Below are positions 1 to 7,830 of a stretch of 33,928 bases of DNA, one piece after another (the stretch's first letter is position 1; every line of letters begins with the position of its first letter). The notes beneath the pieces were generated by a model. That model ran no database searches. It was not told the DNA's origin and worked only from the letters and a program-made list of their open reading frames with translations. The position numbers and the translations under genes were made by a program. This DNA comes from Sulfurospirillum arcachonense (GTDB lineage: Bacteria > Campylobacterota > Campylobacteria > Campylobacterales > Sulfurospirillaceae). The stretch covers positions 1-33,928 of the forward strand of contig DQTM01000274.1 in the NCBI GenBank assembly GCA_015662785.1, read 5' to 3'.

Positions 1-16
1 CTCATGATTTATCTCC
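1..16 (-). other. Probable start (RBS + ATG) of a minus-strand gene that runs off the window's left edge
   Basis: The reverse complement of 1-16 reads GGAGATAAATCATGAG: a GGAG Shine-Dalgarno 7 nt before an ATG (CAT at 3-5). The product cannot be seen. Confidence 0.45.
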
Positions 17-61
17 ATTAATTTCATATTATCTTATCATTTTAGAAATTAACTTTGCTGA

Positions 62-648
62 ATTTATGTATTAGATATTCAGGCCATTATACTATTAATT
101 CAAGTTTACTGTGCTTACGCTGAAGCTTTATTTTCAAAAACAATACATACACCATACGGATTATCAATAAATGAAATAGAGCAAATAAAAACTATTTCTT
201 CTAGGTATGGAATATCTTTTGGTTGGAAAAAATGCTTTGAATTAGCTATATCTAAAGTAGACGGGGACAGAAGTAGTGATAAACCAAATGCATTAAAAAA
301 GATAAATTCGCTGATTGATTCATATATTGTGGAACCACACGGAATAAGAAATAAAATCGCACATGGACAATGGAAAAAAACTCTAAATAGAGAAAATACA
401 AAATTAAATAATGAGATTACTTTAAAAATTCAAAATTTAAATATTATAAATTTATACAGAAACAAGGAAGCCTTTGAAAGTCTTCAAAAAATACTTGAAG
501 ATATGATTGAATCTCCAAATAAATCTTATAGAAAAAACTATTGGGTTCATATTACAGAATTTGAAGAAAAACAAAAAGAAATGTCTATATGGAGTATTGA
601 AAAAAAATAGAAGCACTTAGAATTAAAAAAAATCATACAATAGCATAA
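62..648 (+). pseudogene. HEPN-motif (Rx4H) protein remnant, lacking its 5' end, with a possible homopolymer frameshift near the 3' end
   Basis: The frame of ORF 329-610 stays open back to 62 (TGA at 59-61) with no ATG/GTG/TTG before 329: IYVLDIQAIILLIQVYCAYAEALFSKTIHTPYG...EPHGIRNKIAHGQW. RNKIAH fits the HEPN RNase Rx4H motif. TAG 608-610 follows an A8 run; one extra A would extend it as EKKIEALRIKKNHTIA to TAA 646-648. Confidence 0.6.
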
Positions 649-650
649 TT

Positions 651-776
651 ATTTCTCGGTGTCATATCAGTTCATTTTATTAGCACCAAATCCATTTTAA
701 ATTTTGAAAACTTCTAAAATACGGTATTTGATGGTAATATTTAGTCTATAAAATTAGCTCCAACACCCGTAAGCTA
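651..776 (+). repeat. att-like direct repeat, copy 1 (degenerate)
   Basis: The first 42 nt match 1502-1543 at 36/42 positions. Further shared blocks are TTGAAAAC, GGTATTTG.TGGTA and TATAAAATT. It ends in TCCAACACCCGTAAGCTA (759-776), a decayed version of TCCAGCATCCGGAGCCA. Confidence 0.85.
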
Positions 777-807
777 TTTTAGTATAATTACATTTTTACT
801 ATATATT

Positions 808-842
808 TGATACAATGAAAATTATAAATAAGCAATAGGAGG
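808..842 (+). promoter_or_regulatory. Extended -10 promoter and RBS for the MNT-HEPN pair
   Basis: TGnTACAAT at 808-816 (an alternative TATAAT lies at 783-788); AGGAGG at 837-842 precedes ATG 848. Confidence 0.5.
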
Positions 843-847
843 TCATT

Positions 848-1141
848 ATGTTAGAAAAGAAGAAGATACTAAATATTTTAAAGAAATACAAGATAGAACA
901 TAATACTGACTATGGTATTACAAAAATAGGTGTATTTGGTTCTGTTGCTAGGGATGAAGCAAAAGACAGTAGTGATGTTGATGTTGTCGTTGAGTTAAAA
1001 AAACCAAATCTTTTTACTCTTTCAAGTATACGATTAGAATTAGAAGATAAATTAAAAAATCGTGTAGATGTTGTTAGATTAAGAGATAAAATGAATCAAT
1101 TTTTAAAAAACCAAATCACCAAAGAAGCTATATATGTCTAA
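848..1141 (+). CDS. Minimal nucleotidyltransferase (MNT/MntA-like antitoxin)
   Basis: 97 aa with the GSx10DxD motif (FGSVARDEAKDSSDVD) and a C-terminal RVDVV; overlaps the next gene by 8 nt. Confidence 0.9.
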   Translation: MLEKKKILNILKKYKIEHNTDYGITKIGVFGSVARDEAKDSSDVDVVVELKKPNLFTLSSIRLELEDKLKNRVDVVRLRDKMNQFLKNQITKEAIYV

Positions 1142-1502
1142 TGAAGTATTATTAGAAGCCCTAAAACAAATTTCTATTTCTGCAAAAAGAATTTTAAAAA
1201 GATTTGAACAAGTTGATAGTGTAGATTATTTTTTAGATTCAGAAGATGGACTTGAAAAGATGGATGCTCTTTGTATGCAGTTGATAGCTATTGGTGAGAG
1301 TCTAAAAAATGTAGATAAATTGACAGAGAAAAAACTTTTGGCTAAATATCCTGATATAAATTGGAGAGCAGCTAAGGGAATAAGAGATATCATAACTCAT
1401 CATTATTTTGACTTAGATGCAGAATCTATATATGATGTTTGTGAAAACAATATTGAACCACTTTTAAAAACTATTGATACAATAATAGAAGATATAAGTT
1501 AA
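1134..1502 (+). CDS. HEPN (DUF86/HepT-like) RNase toxin
   Basis: 122 aa with IGE...INW...RDIITHHY (Rx4HxY motif); directly downstream of the MNT gene. Confidence 0.9.
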   Translation: MSNEVLLEALKQISISAKRILKRFEQVDSVDYFLDSEDGLEKMDALCMQLIAIGESLKNVDKLTEKKLLAKYPDINWRAAKGIRDIITHHYFDLDAESIYDVCENNIEPLLKTIDTIIEDIS

Positions 1503-1638
1503 TTTCTCGGTGTCGTCTCGGTGCGTTTTATTAGCACTAAATCTGATTTTATAAATAATATTGAAAGTTGAAAACCCGTAAATATGGTATTTGGTGGTAT
1601 TGTATAGGTTATAAAATTGCTTCCAGCATCCGGAGCCA
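1502..1638 (+). repeat. att-like direct repeat, copy 2: probable attR of a tRNA-Asn-integrated element
   Basis: Starts at the HEPN stop codon and contains tandem TCTCGGTG direct repeats 11 bp apart. It ends with TCCAGCATCCGGAGCCA (1622-1638), which has the form of a tRNA 3' end (T-stem strand, acceptor strand ATCCGGA, discriminator G, CCA). This matches Campylobacterota tRNA-Asn (5' TCCGGAT...) as recalled. Confidence 0.7.
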
Positions 1639-1735
1639 TACCAAACCCCTATTATCAGCGACTTTGTATGTTTTATAAATCATCTTATATTTTATGGTAC
1701 TTTTGATTAGGTTTTTATTTTCTATTGCATAATTT

Positions 1736-2353
1736 GGGATCAATGTTCTAACGCATTGTAATGCTGGTTGGCTTGCTATAGTAGATGATGGAAGTGCTTT
1801 AGCTCCTATCTACGAAGCACATCGTCGTGGCATTGACATTCATGTGTGGGTAGATGAGACTCGTCCACGTAATCAAGGAGCAAACTTGACGGCTTGGGAA
1901 CTTAACAAAAGTGGGATAAAACACACAGTTATTCCAGACAATACAGGTGGATATTTGATGCAACAAGGTTTTGTAGATGTTTGTATAGTTGGAGCTGATA
2001 GGGTAAGTAGACAAGGTGACGTGGCAAATAAGATAGGAACTTACCTAAAAGCACTTTCAGCTAAAGACAATGACATACCTTTCTACGTAGCTTTACCAGA
2101 GGGAACTTTTGACTTCGATATAGTTGATGGCGTAAAAGAGATTCCAATAGAGACAAGAAGTGAAGATGAGGTGACTCATATAAGAGGCATAGATGATGAG
2201 GGAAAAGTAAAAGAGTTACGAATAGTTCCTATAACTTCTTCAGCGCTTAACTATGGTTTTGATATAACACCAAACAGACTTATAACAGGACTCATAACAG
2301 AAAAAGGCATTTGTGAAGCAAATCAAAAAGCGATAGAAGATATGTACTTATGA
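1736..2353 (+). pseudogene. mtnA: S-methyl-5-thioribose-1-phosphate isomerase, C-terminal portion only (5'-truncated)
   Basis: The frame reads [14 protein letters not shown]...[18 protein letters not shown]...GADRV...ANKIGT...FDITP, all MtnA motifs. An in-frame TAA at 1730-1732 lies just upstream, and the N-terminal RGAP domain is absent. Confidence 0.85.
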
Positions 2354-2958
2354 GCCAAGAAGAGGGTGTAGTAAAGTACTCTTTAGAGTTTAAAAAAACA
2401 GAGCCAATAAGCTCTACATGTAAAGATAAAATCGAAGTCATAAGAGAAGATATGTATGCCCTTAATTTGATTGGTGCCTATGATGATGGCATTGGTTTTG
2501 GAAACATATCTTTGAAGATAGATAACTCTGATAAGTTTGTTATAACAGGGACTCAAACAGGGCATTTAAAACATTTACATGTAGAGAATTATTCTTTAGT
2601 AGAAAAAGTTGATTTTGACACTTTTACTACTTATGCAAGTGGAGCTTGCCAACCAAGTAGCGAAGCTATAACTCACGCTTGTATATATGCTCTTGATGCA
2701 AAGATAAAGGCTATCATACACGTTCATAATGAAAAACTATGGAGGTATATGCTTGAACATGATTATATAAGTACAAGTGATGTAGAGTATGGTTCACTAG
2801 AGATGACGAAAGATATACAACAAATTTATAGTTCATTAGATGCACTTGAAAATTGTTCTTTTGTTATGAAGGGACATTTCGAGGGAGTTTTTGTTTTTGC
2901 TGAAGATATAGAGGGTGCGAAGAAACTACTATATCAAATTATGGCAAAGATGCTATAA
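2350..2958 (+). CDS. Class II aldolase/adducin family protein (possible MtnB-like methylthioribulose-1-phosphate dehydratase)
   Basis: GNIS, PSSE...H..IY and IIHVH zinc-binding motifs; ATGA overlap with the mtnA stop. Confidence 0.8.
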   Translation: MSQEEGVVKYSLEFKKTEPISSTCKDKIEVIREDMYALNLIGAYDDGIGFGNISLKIDNSDKFVITGTQTGHLKHLHVENYSLVEKVDFDTFTTYASGACQPSSEAITHACIYALDAKIKAIIHVHNEKLWRYMLEHDYISTSDVEYGSLEMTKDIQQIYSSLDALENCSFVMKGHFEGVFVFAEDIEGAKKLLYQIMAKML

Positions 2959-2992
2959 TGAATAAAGCGGTATAACAACCAAGGACAATTTT

Positions 2993-4903
2993 ATGTTAAA
3001 ATTTGTTACTAAAAGTATAATCAAATATCTTATTATTCTTGTAATGACATTTATGATAAGTATAGTTTTATTCCTATCAATGCATGTTTCATTAAATAAA
3101 CAGATGGAAAAACATAATCAACGATATGCTTCAATAATGACGAATTTAAAAACTTTAGATAAAATCTCAAGTTATATTATAGGTATTAAAGCACGTATAT
3201 TTGAAATAACTGCAGCAACACAAACCTTAGAACATAGAGATATTCTTAATAAAAGCATAGAAAAAGATATAGAAAACATAATCTTGCTAAAAAAACTTTT
3301 AGGTTCAGATTTTGTTACTTCTCAAATCTTTTTAAAAGAGTTAAATATGCTAAAAAAGAACAATACTGTTTTGATGAATATTTTAGATGAAAGAGAAATA
3401 GCATTAAAAAACAATGATTTAAAACTTCCATTAATAGCAGAAAAAGTTAGAAAACACAATTTTGCAATACCATCTAAAATTGAACATTTACTAGGATATG
3501 TAAAAAAATCAGAAATTATATTAAATGACAAAAAGATGGAGTATAAAGTAATCATAAAAGAAGAAACAAAAAAGTTTCTTTATATAGAGATACTTATAAG
3601 TCTTATTATAGTTTTTATAACACTATATTTATCAAGGCTGATTAGCCAGCATATTGTGACACTGTATAGGAAACTAGAAACACAACTATATATAGATAAT
3701 TTGACAAAACTACAAAACAGATTTGCATTGAATAAAACCTATAAAGATGTAAAAAACCCTTTCATAATTATACTAAATATCGACCTGTTTAGAGTAATAA
3801 ATGAGCTATATGGAACTGATGTAGGAAATGAAGTTTTAAAAAGATTGGCTCTGATGATGAGAGCTTACTTTGCAGTTACTAAGTTTGAACTTTTTCGCAT
3901 AGCAGGAGATGAGTTTGTACTTTTTGAAGAGGATGTAAAATATACTCATAAAGAGATAGAAAAAACAATACTTGATTTTTTACACTATATAAAAGAGCAT
4001 AAGATATACATAGAAAATATTTCAGAGAGTATAGAGTTAGATTTTACATGTGGAGTCTCTACATGTAAAGAGAATTTTTTAGGAAAAGCTGATATTGCTC
4101 TTAATTATGCAAAGAAAAATGGCTTACCATTTGCTGTATATAAAACTGATATTGATAACAAAGTAGAGTTAAAGCATAACCTTTTTTGGAATAAAGAGAT
4201 CCAAAATGGGATAAAAGAAGATATGTTTTTACCGTTTTTCCAACCAATTGTTGACAAAAATGGAGTAGTTATAAAGTATGAATCCCAAATGAGATTAAAA
4301 AAAGAAGACAGTAAAGGTATTAGTTTTATCTCCCCTTATAAGTTTTTAGATATTGCTAAAAAAACTAAAAATTACAATAAAATATCTTCAATGACAATGT
4401 TTAAAAGTTTAAATATTTGTAAAGAAACAGGTTTCCAAATAAGTATCAATCTAGATAAAATCGATATGATAAATAGTTCTTTTACCCAAGAGTTAAAAGA
4501 GAAGATTATAGAACTAGACATAGCAAAAAAGCTTGTATTTGAGATACTAGAGAGTGAAAACATAGTAGATAATGATGTGATTAAAAAGTTTATTTTTGAC
4601 TTTAGAAAGTTAGGTGTAAAGTTTGCTATAGATGATTTTGGTTCTGGTTATTCTAACTTCTCATTTATGCTTGACGTTAAACCTGACTTTGTAAAAATAG
4701 ATGGTATGTTGATTAAAAATATAGCAGAAGATAAAGACTCATATGAGCTTGTAAAGTCTATTGTAGCTTTTGCTAAAGCTCTCAATATCATTACGATTGC
4801 AGAGTTCGTGCACTCAAAAGAAGTGTATGAAATTGTTCTTGATTTGGGAGTTGATCGTTTTCAGGGTTACTATTTTGGAGAACCTAAAGAGATATGTTTA
4901 TAA
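2993..4903 (+). CDS. Membrane-anchored GGDEF-EAL protein (degenerate GGDEF, probable c-di-GMP phosphodiesterase or receptor)
   Basis: Two hydrophobic helices flank an extracytoplasmic region. Motifs include DNLTKLQNR, RIAGDEF, FFQPIV, YESQMR (EAL variant), DDFGSGYS, VKID, AEFV and QGYYF. Confidence 0.9.
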   Translation: MLKFVTKSIIKYLIILVMTFMISIVLFLSMHVSLNKQMEKHNQRYASIMTNLKTLDKISSYIIGIKARIFEITAATQTLEHRDILNKSIEKDIENIILLKKLLGSDFVTSQIFLKELNMLKKNNTVLMNILDEREIALKNNDLKLPLIAEKVRKHNFAIPSKIEHLLGYVKKSEIILNDKKMEYKVIIKEETKKFLYIEILISLIIVFITLYLSRLISQHIVTLYRKLETQLYIDNLTKLQNRFALNKTYKDVKNPFIIILNIDLFRVINELYGTDVGNEVLKRLALMMRAYFAVTKFELFRIAGDEFVLFEEDVKYTHKEIEKTILDFLHYIKEHKIYIENISESIELDFTCGVSTCKENFLGKADIALNYAKKNGLPFAVYKTDIDNKVELKHNLFWNKEIQNGIKEDMFLPFFQPIVDKNGVVIKYESQMRLKKEDSKGISFISPYKFLDIAKKTKNYNKISSMTMFKSLNICKETGFQISINLDKIDMINSSFTQELKEKIIELDIAKKLVFEILESENIVDNDVIKKFIFDFRKLGVKFAIDDFGSGYSNFSFMLDVKPDFVKIDGMLIKNIAEDKDSYELVKSIVAFAKALNIITIAEFVHSKEVYEIVLDLGVDRFQGYYFGEPKEICL

Positions 4904-5532
4904 AATATATATTTATAGGACTGTTGTTTTGTACTCATTTGATAGCAGAAGAGTTCTACATAAACCCATACTACTTAGATAAACTACAAAAAAATTCAAG
5001 AAGCTATAAAATTATTAAACACTATGTTAACTTTTTAAATACCATAAAAGACGATGATGATAAGAGTAAAATAGAAAAAGTAAATCGTTATATAAATAAA
5101 ATAATTCCAAAATACGATGCCAATAACTACAAAAATGAAGAGTACTGGGCAACACCTTTTGAGTTTTTTTCAAATATTGGTGGAGATTGTGAAGATTATG
5201 TCATAGCTAAAATGTACTCCTTGGAGAGGCTTGGTATATCGCCAAAAATTATGTATATGAGTGCAGTAAAAGAGAAGTATGCAGGAGGAGACCATATGGT
5301 TTTGAGTCTACATGTAGATAGAAATAGTTCCCCAATAGTACTTGACAACCTTAGTACAAGAGTACTTCCTATAGATAAAAGAGTAGACTTAGAACTCGTT
5401 TTTATGTTCAATGAGTATGGATTTTATCAGTTAGAAAATCACAAAAAACTAAGAGAAATAAATAGAATAAATCTTCCTGCATATAAAAAATTTAAAAGTA
5501 GAGATAGTGAAAATCTTATTTTAAAAAGGTAA
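4894..5532 (+). CDS. Transglutaminase-like cysteine peptidase (BTLCP/LapG family)
   Basis: Signal-like N-terminus, EYWATPFEF, and GDCEDY / HMVL / VLDN (Cys-His-Asp triad); overlaps the upstream gene by 10 nt. Confidence 0.9.
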   Translation: MFIKYIFIGLLFCTHLIAEEFYINPYYLDKLQKNSRSYKIIKHYVNFLNTIKDDDDKSKIEKVNRYINKIIPKYDANNYKNEEYWATPFEFFSNIGGDCEDYVIAKMYSLERLGISPKIMYMSAVKEKYAGGDHMVLSLHVDRNSSPIVLDNLSTRVLPIDKRVDLELVFMFNEYGFYQLENHKKLREINRINLPAYKKFKSRDSENLILKR

Positions 5533-5694
5533 GTTTGTTACATGAAGTAACAGTACTACAAATTCTTTTAATTTTATAGAAAACCAATTTTAATTAAAAA
5601 CCACCTATAAATCGATACTTTTTTAGAAAAGTTTCAGAAAAGTGTTAAATTTATATTTTTCTAAAAAAATCTTTTAAGTTTCTTCTAAAAAAAC

Positions 5695-5737
5695 TATACT
5701 ATATTTTTAACAGAGAAAAAGTAGTACTTTTAGTATT
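5695..5737 (+). promoter_or_regulatory. -10 box and palindromic operator candidate upstream of the RHH gene
   Basis: TATACT at 5695-5700, then the perfect dyad AAAAGTA-G-TACTTTT at 5717-5731, which is 14/15 identical to 11239-11253 upstream of putA. Confidence 0.65.
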
Positions 5738-5767
5738 CCTTTTTTTATATTAAATAAAAGGGATATT

Positions 5768-5989
5768 TTGGCAAAGCAAAAGTTTGGTAACGAAATCATC
5801 AAAAGTGTTATTGAGAAGAGTAAAAAAAGACGTCAAATTTCTCAGTTAACAATAAAGATAGATTCAAAATTAGATGATGCTTTGAGCAAACTTTCAAATT
5901 CGTTAAATATATCAAAAAATAGACTTATAGAAGACATTCTTTTTGAGAGCGGAATTATAAAAGAAGTTGAGGAGAATTATCATGATTAA
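5768..5989 (+). CDS. Small ribbon-helix-helix (CopG/Arc-like) DNA-binding protein
   Basis: 73 aa with TTG start after AAGGG. The pattern QLTIKID-SKLDDALSKLSNSL-NISKNRLIEDIL fits a beta strand plus two helices with the typical S-K/R-x-x-I turn. Confidence 0.7.
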   Translation: MAKQKFGNEIIKSVIEKSKKRRQISQLTIKIDSKLDDALSKLSNSLNISKNRLIEDILFESGIIKEVEENYHD

Positions 5990-6626
5990 ATTTCCTGCAC
6001 AGAAAGAAGTTGTTGATGCAGTTCTTCAAGGAAGCATAAAAGCAGCTCAAAACTTTCTTAGTTGGACAAATAATAGACTTTTTTTATCTCATGGACCTCA
6101 CAAAATAATTTCTATTCACATTGCTCAAGAGATTGCTGCTATGAAAAATGCACCAGAGATATTTATAGATGCAACTGTAAGTGATATCTTGAGGTGTTCT
6201 TTACCAGATCGTAAAGCATATACTTCATATATGCAGAAGAAGAAAATAACACAAGGTACATTTAGTATAACTTTAGATGAAAGATTTGAACACAAAAATG
6301 ATGAAGATTCTGTTTCAAAGGTCATTGTGAGTGTAAGAAATGGGGTACGAAATCCAAAACTAGAATACTCAAATGATGTAGAAGTTATTTGTAAAATGCT
6401 TGATTGTGAAACTACTTTAGATTATGGGATTTTTAGTTTTTATTCTGACTTATCACAAAATGCAAGAAAAAAACTTGAGAAGAGAATTCCTGAATTGATT
6501 AAAAGTTTTGATGTAGTTGTAAAAAAATTTCCATCACTAAAAGCAACTTTTGTAAGTAGTGATATCCAAAGAATAGAAGATAGTGGGGAGTGGTTAACAG
6601 GCTGTTATATAGTTGAACCTAAGTAG
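5982..6626 (+). CDS. Hypothetical protein, possibly an inactivated PD-(D/E)xK nuclease-like fold
   Basis: ATG 5982 after GGAG overlaps the RHH stop. GTFSITL...VIVSVRNGV...DVEVI resembles the G-x-x-D-I-x-L...IEVK pattern with the catalytic residues replaced (recalled, not searched). Confidence 0.6.
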   Translation: MIKFPAQKEVVDAVLQGSIKAAQNFLSWTNNRLFLSHGPHKIISIHIAQEIAAMKNAPEIFIDATVSDILRCSLPDRKAYTSYMQKKKITQGTFSITLDERFEHKNDEDSVSKVIVSVRNGVRNPKLEYSNDVEVICKMLDCETTLDYGIFSFYSDLSQNARKKLEKRIPELIKSFDVVVKKFPSLKATFVSSDIQRIEDSGEWLTGCYIVEPK

Positions 6627-6627
6627 G

Positions 6628-6664
6628 TTTAATTAAGACTACAAGTTAAGTCGTCTTAATTAAA
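6628..6664 (+). other. Intergenic stem-loop before the substrate-binding protein gene
   Basis: Perfect 12-bp inverted repeat TTTAATTAAGAC / GTCTTAATTAAA with a 13-nt loop. Confidence 0.55.
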
Positions 6665-6681
6665 TTTTCAAAGGAGAAAAT

Positions 6682-7806
6682 ATGAGAATATTACCAAGAG
6701 TTGCAGCATCAGTTGCAGTTTGTGCTTTATTAGTTACAGCGGGAAGCGCTGCGGATGTTATTAAGATTGGTGTTCAAGCACCTATCACTGGTAAGTATGC
6801 AAATGAGGGACAGAGTATCGATAACGGTGTTAGACTAGTTATAGATCAGCTTAATGCAAAAGGTGGACTTTTAGGTAAGCAGCTAGAAGTTGTTAGTTGT
6901 GATGATGAGGGAAAAGCTCAAAAAGCAGCAATTTGTGCTAGAAAACTAGTAAACGAAGGCGTTCTTGCAGTTATCGGTTCATATACTTCAGGTGCTACAG
7001 AAGCTGCTCAAACAACATACTTTAGAAATAAAACACTTCAAACTAGTGATGGTACAAGTGGTAGCCTGACTAAACAAAAGTATTGGACATTCTTTAGAAA
7101 CTCTTTTAGAAACTCAGATCAAGCTGCATTTACTGCAACTTATTTAGTAAAAGAGAAAGGTTATAAAAATATAGTTGTTATTTCAGATTACAGTGGTTAC
7201 TCTGTTGATTTAGCAGATTCAGCTGCAAAGTCTATCAAATCTGAAGGTGGTAATGTAATTTATCAAGGAAAGATAAAATCAGGAACTCAAAACTTTACAG
7301 CAGTTCTTACAAAAATCAAATCAATGAATCCAGATGCAATATATTTTGCTGGATATTATACAGATGGTGGTCTTATAAGAGCACAACAACAACAACTTGG
7401 AATCAAAGCTGACTTTATCGGTGGTGATGCAAATGATAACCCAGATTTCGTAAAACTAGCTGGAAAGAGTGCAGAAGGTACGATTTTAGTAAACTTCCCA
7501 ACAGCTGAATTTTTACCATATGATGCTGCAAAGATATTTATAAAAGATTATACAGCTAAGTATGGAAAAGCTCCATCTTCAGTATGGGCATTGATGAATG
7601 TTGATGGATTAAATGCAATTCTTCATGCAGCGAAAGAGACAAAAAGTCTTGATACTAAAACAATCAGTAACTACCTTCATACACTAAGAGATTTCCCAGG
7701 AATTACAGGTCCTGTATCATTTAGAGAAGATGGAGAGAGAATCAACACTAAATTTAACATTTATGAGATTCAAGCAAACGGTAAATATAAGATAATAAAT
7801 AAGTAA
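6682..7806 (+). CDS. Branched-chain amino acid-type (LivJ/LivK family) ABC substrate-binding protein
   Basis: Signal peptide, IKIGVQAPITG, GGLLGKQLEVVSCDD, GSYTSG and FPGITGPVSF; AAGGAG RBS. Confidence 0.92.
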   Translation: MRILPRVAASVAVCALLVTAGSAADVIKIGVQAPITGKYANEGQSIDNGVRLVIDQLNAKGGLLGKQLEVVSCDDEGKAQKAAICARKLVNEGVLAVIGSYTSGATEAAQTTYFRNKTLQTSDGTSGSLTKQKYWTFFRNSFRNSDQAAFTATYLVKEKGYKNIVVISDYSGYSVDLADSAAKSIKSEGGNVIYQGKIKSGTQNFTAVLTKIKSMNPDAIYFAGYYTDGGLIRAQQQQLGIKADFIGGDANDNPDFVKLAGKSAEGTILVNFPTAEFLPYDAAKIFIKDYTAKYGKAPSSVWALMNVDGLNAILHAAKETKSLDTKTISNYLHTLRDFPGITGPVSFREDGERINTKFNIYEIQANGKYKIINK

Positions 7807-7830
7807 TTAAGAAAGAGAGAAAGCAGAACA

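Noticed and set aside
651-1638. The repeats as a CRISPR array or classical integron attC sites
   Set aside because: There are only two long diverged copies separated by genes, no cas genes, no RYYYAAC...GTTRRRY ends and no full-length dyad.
1721-1751. Possible dif/Xer-like site (TTGCATAA...ATGTTCTAA) at the mtnA breakpoint
   Set aside because: Spacing and the XerD arm match poorly, and the right half is explained by MtnA codons (INVL).
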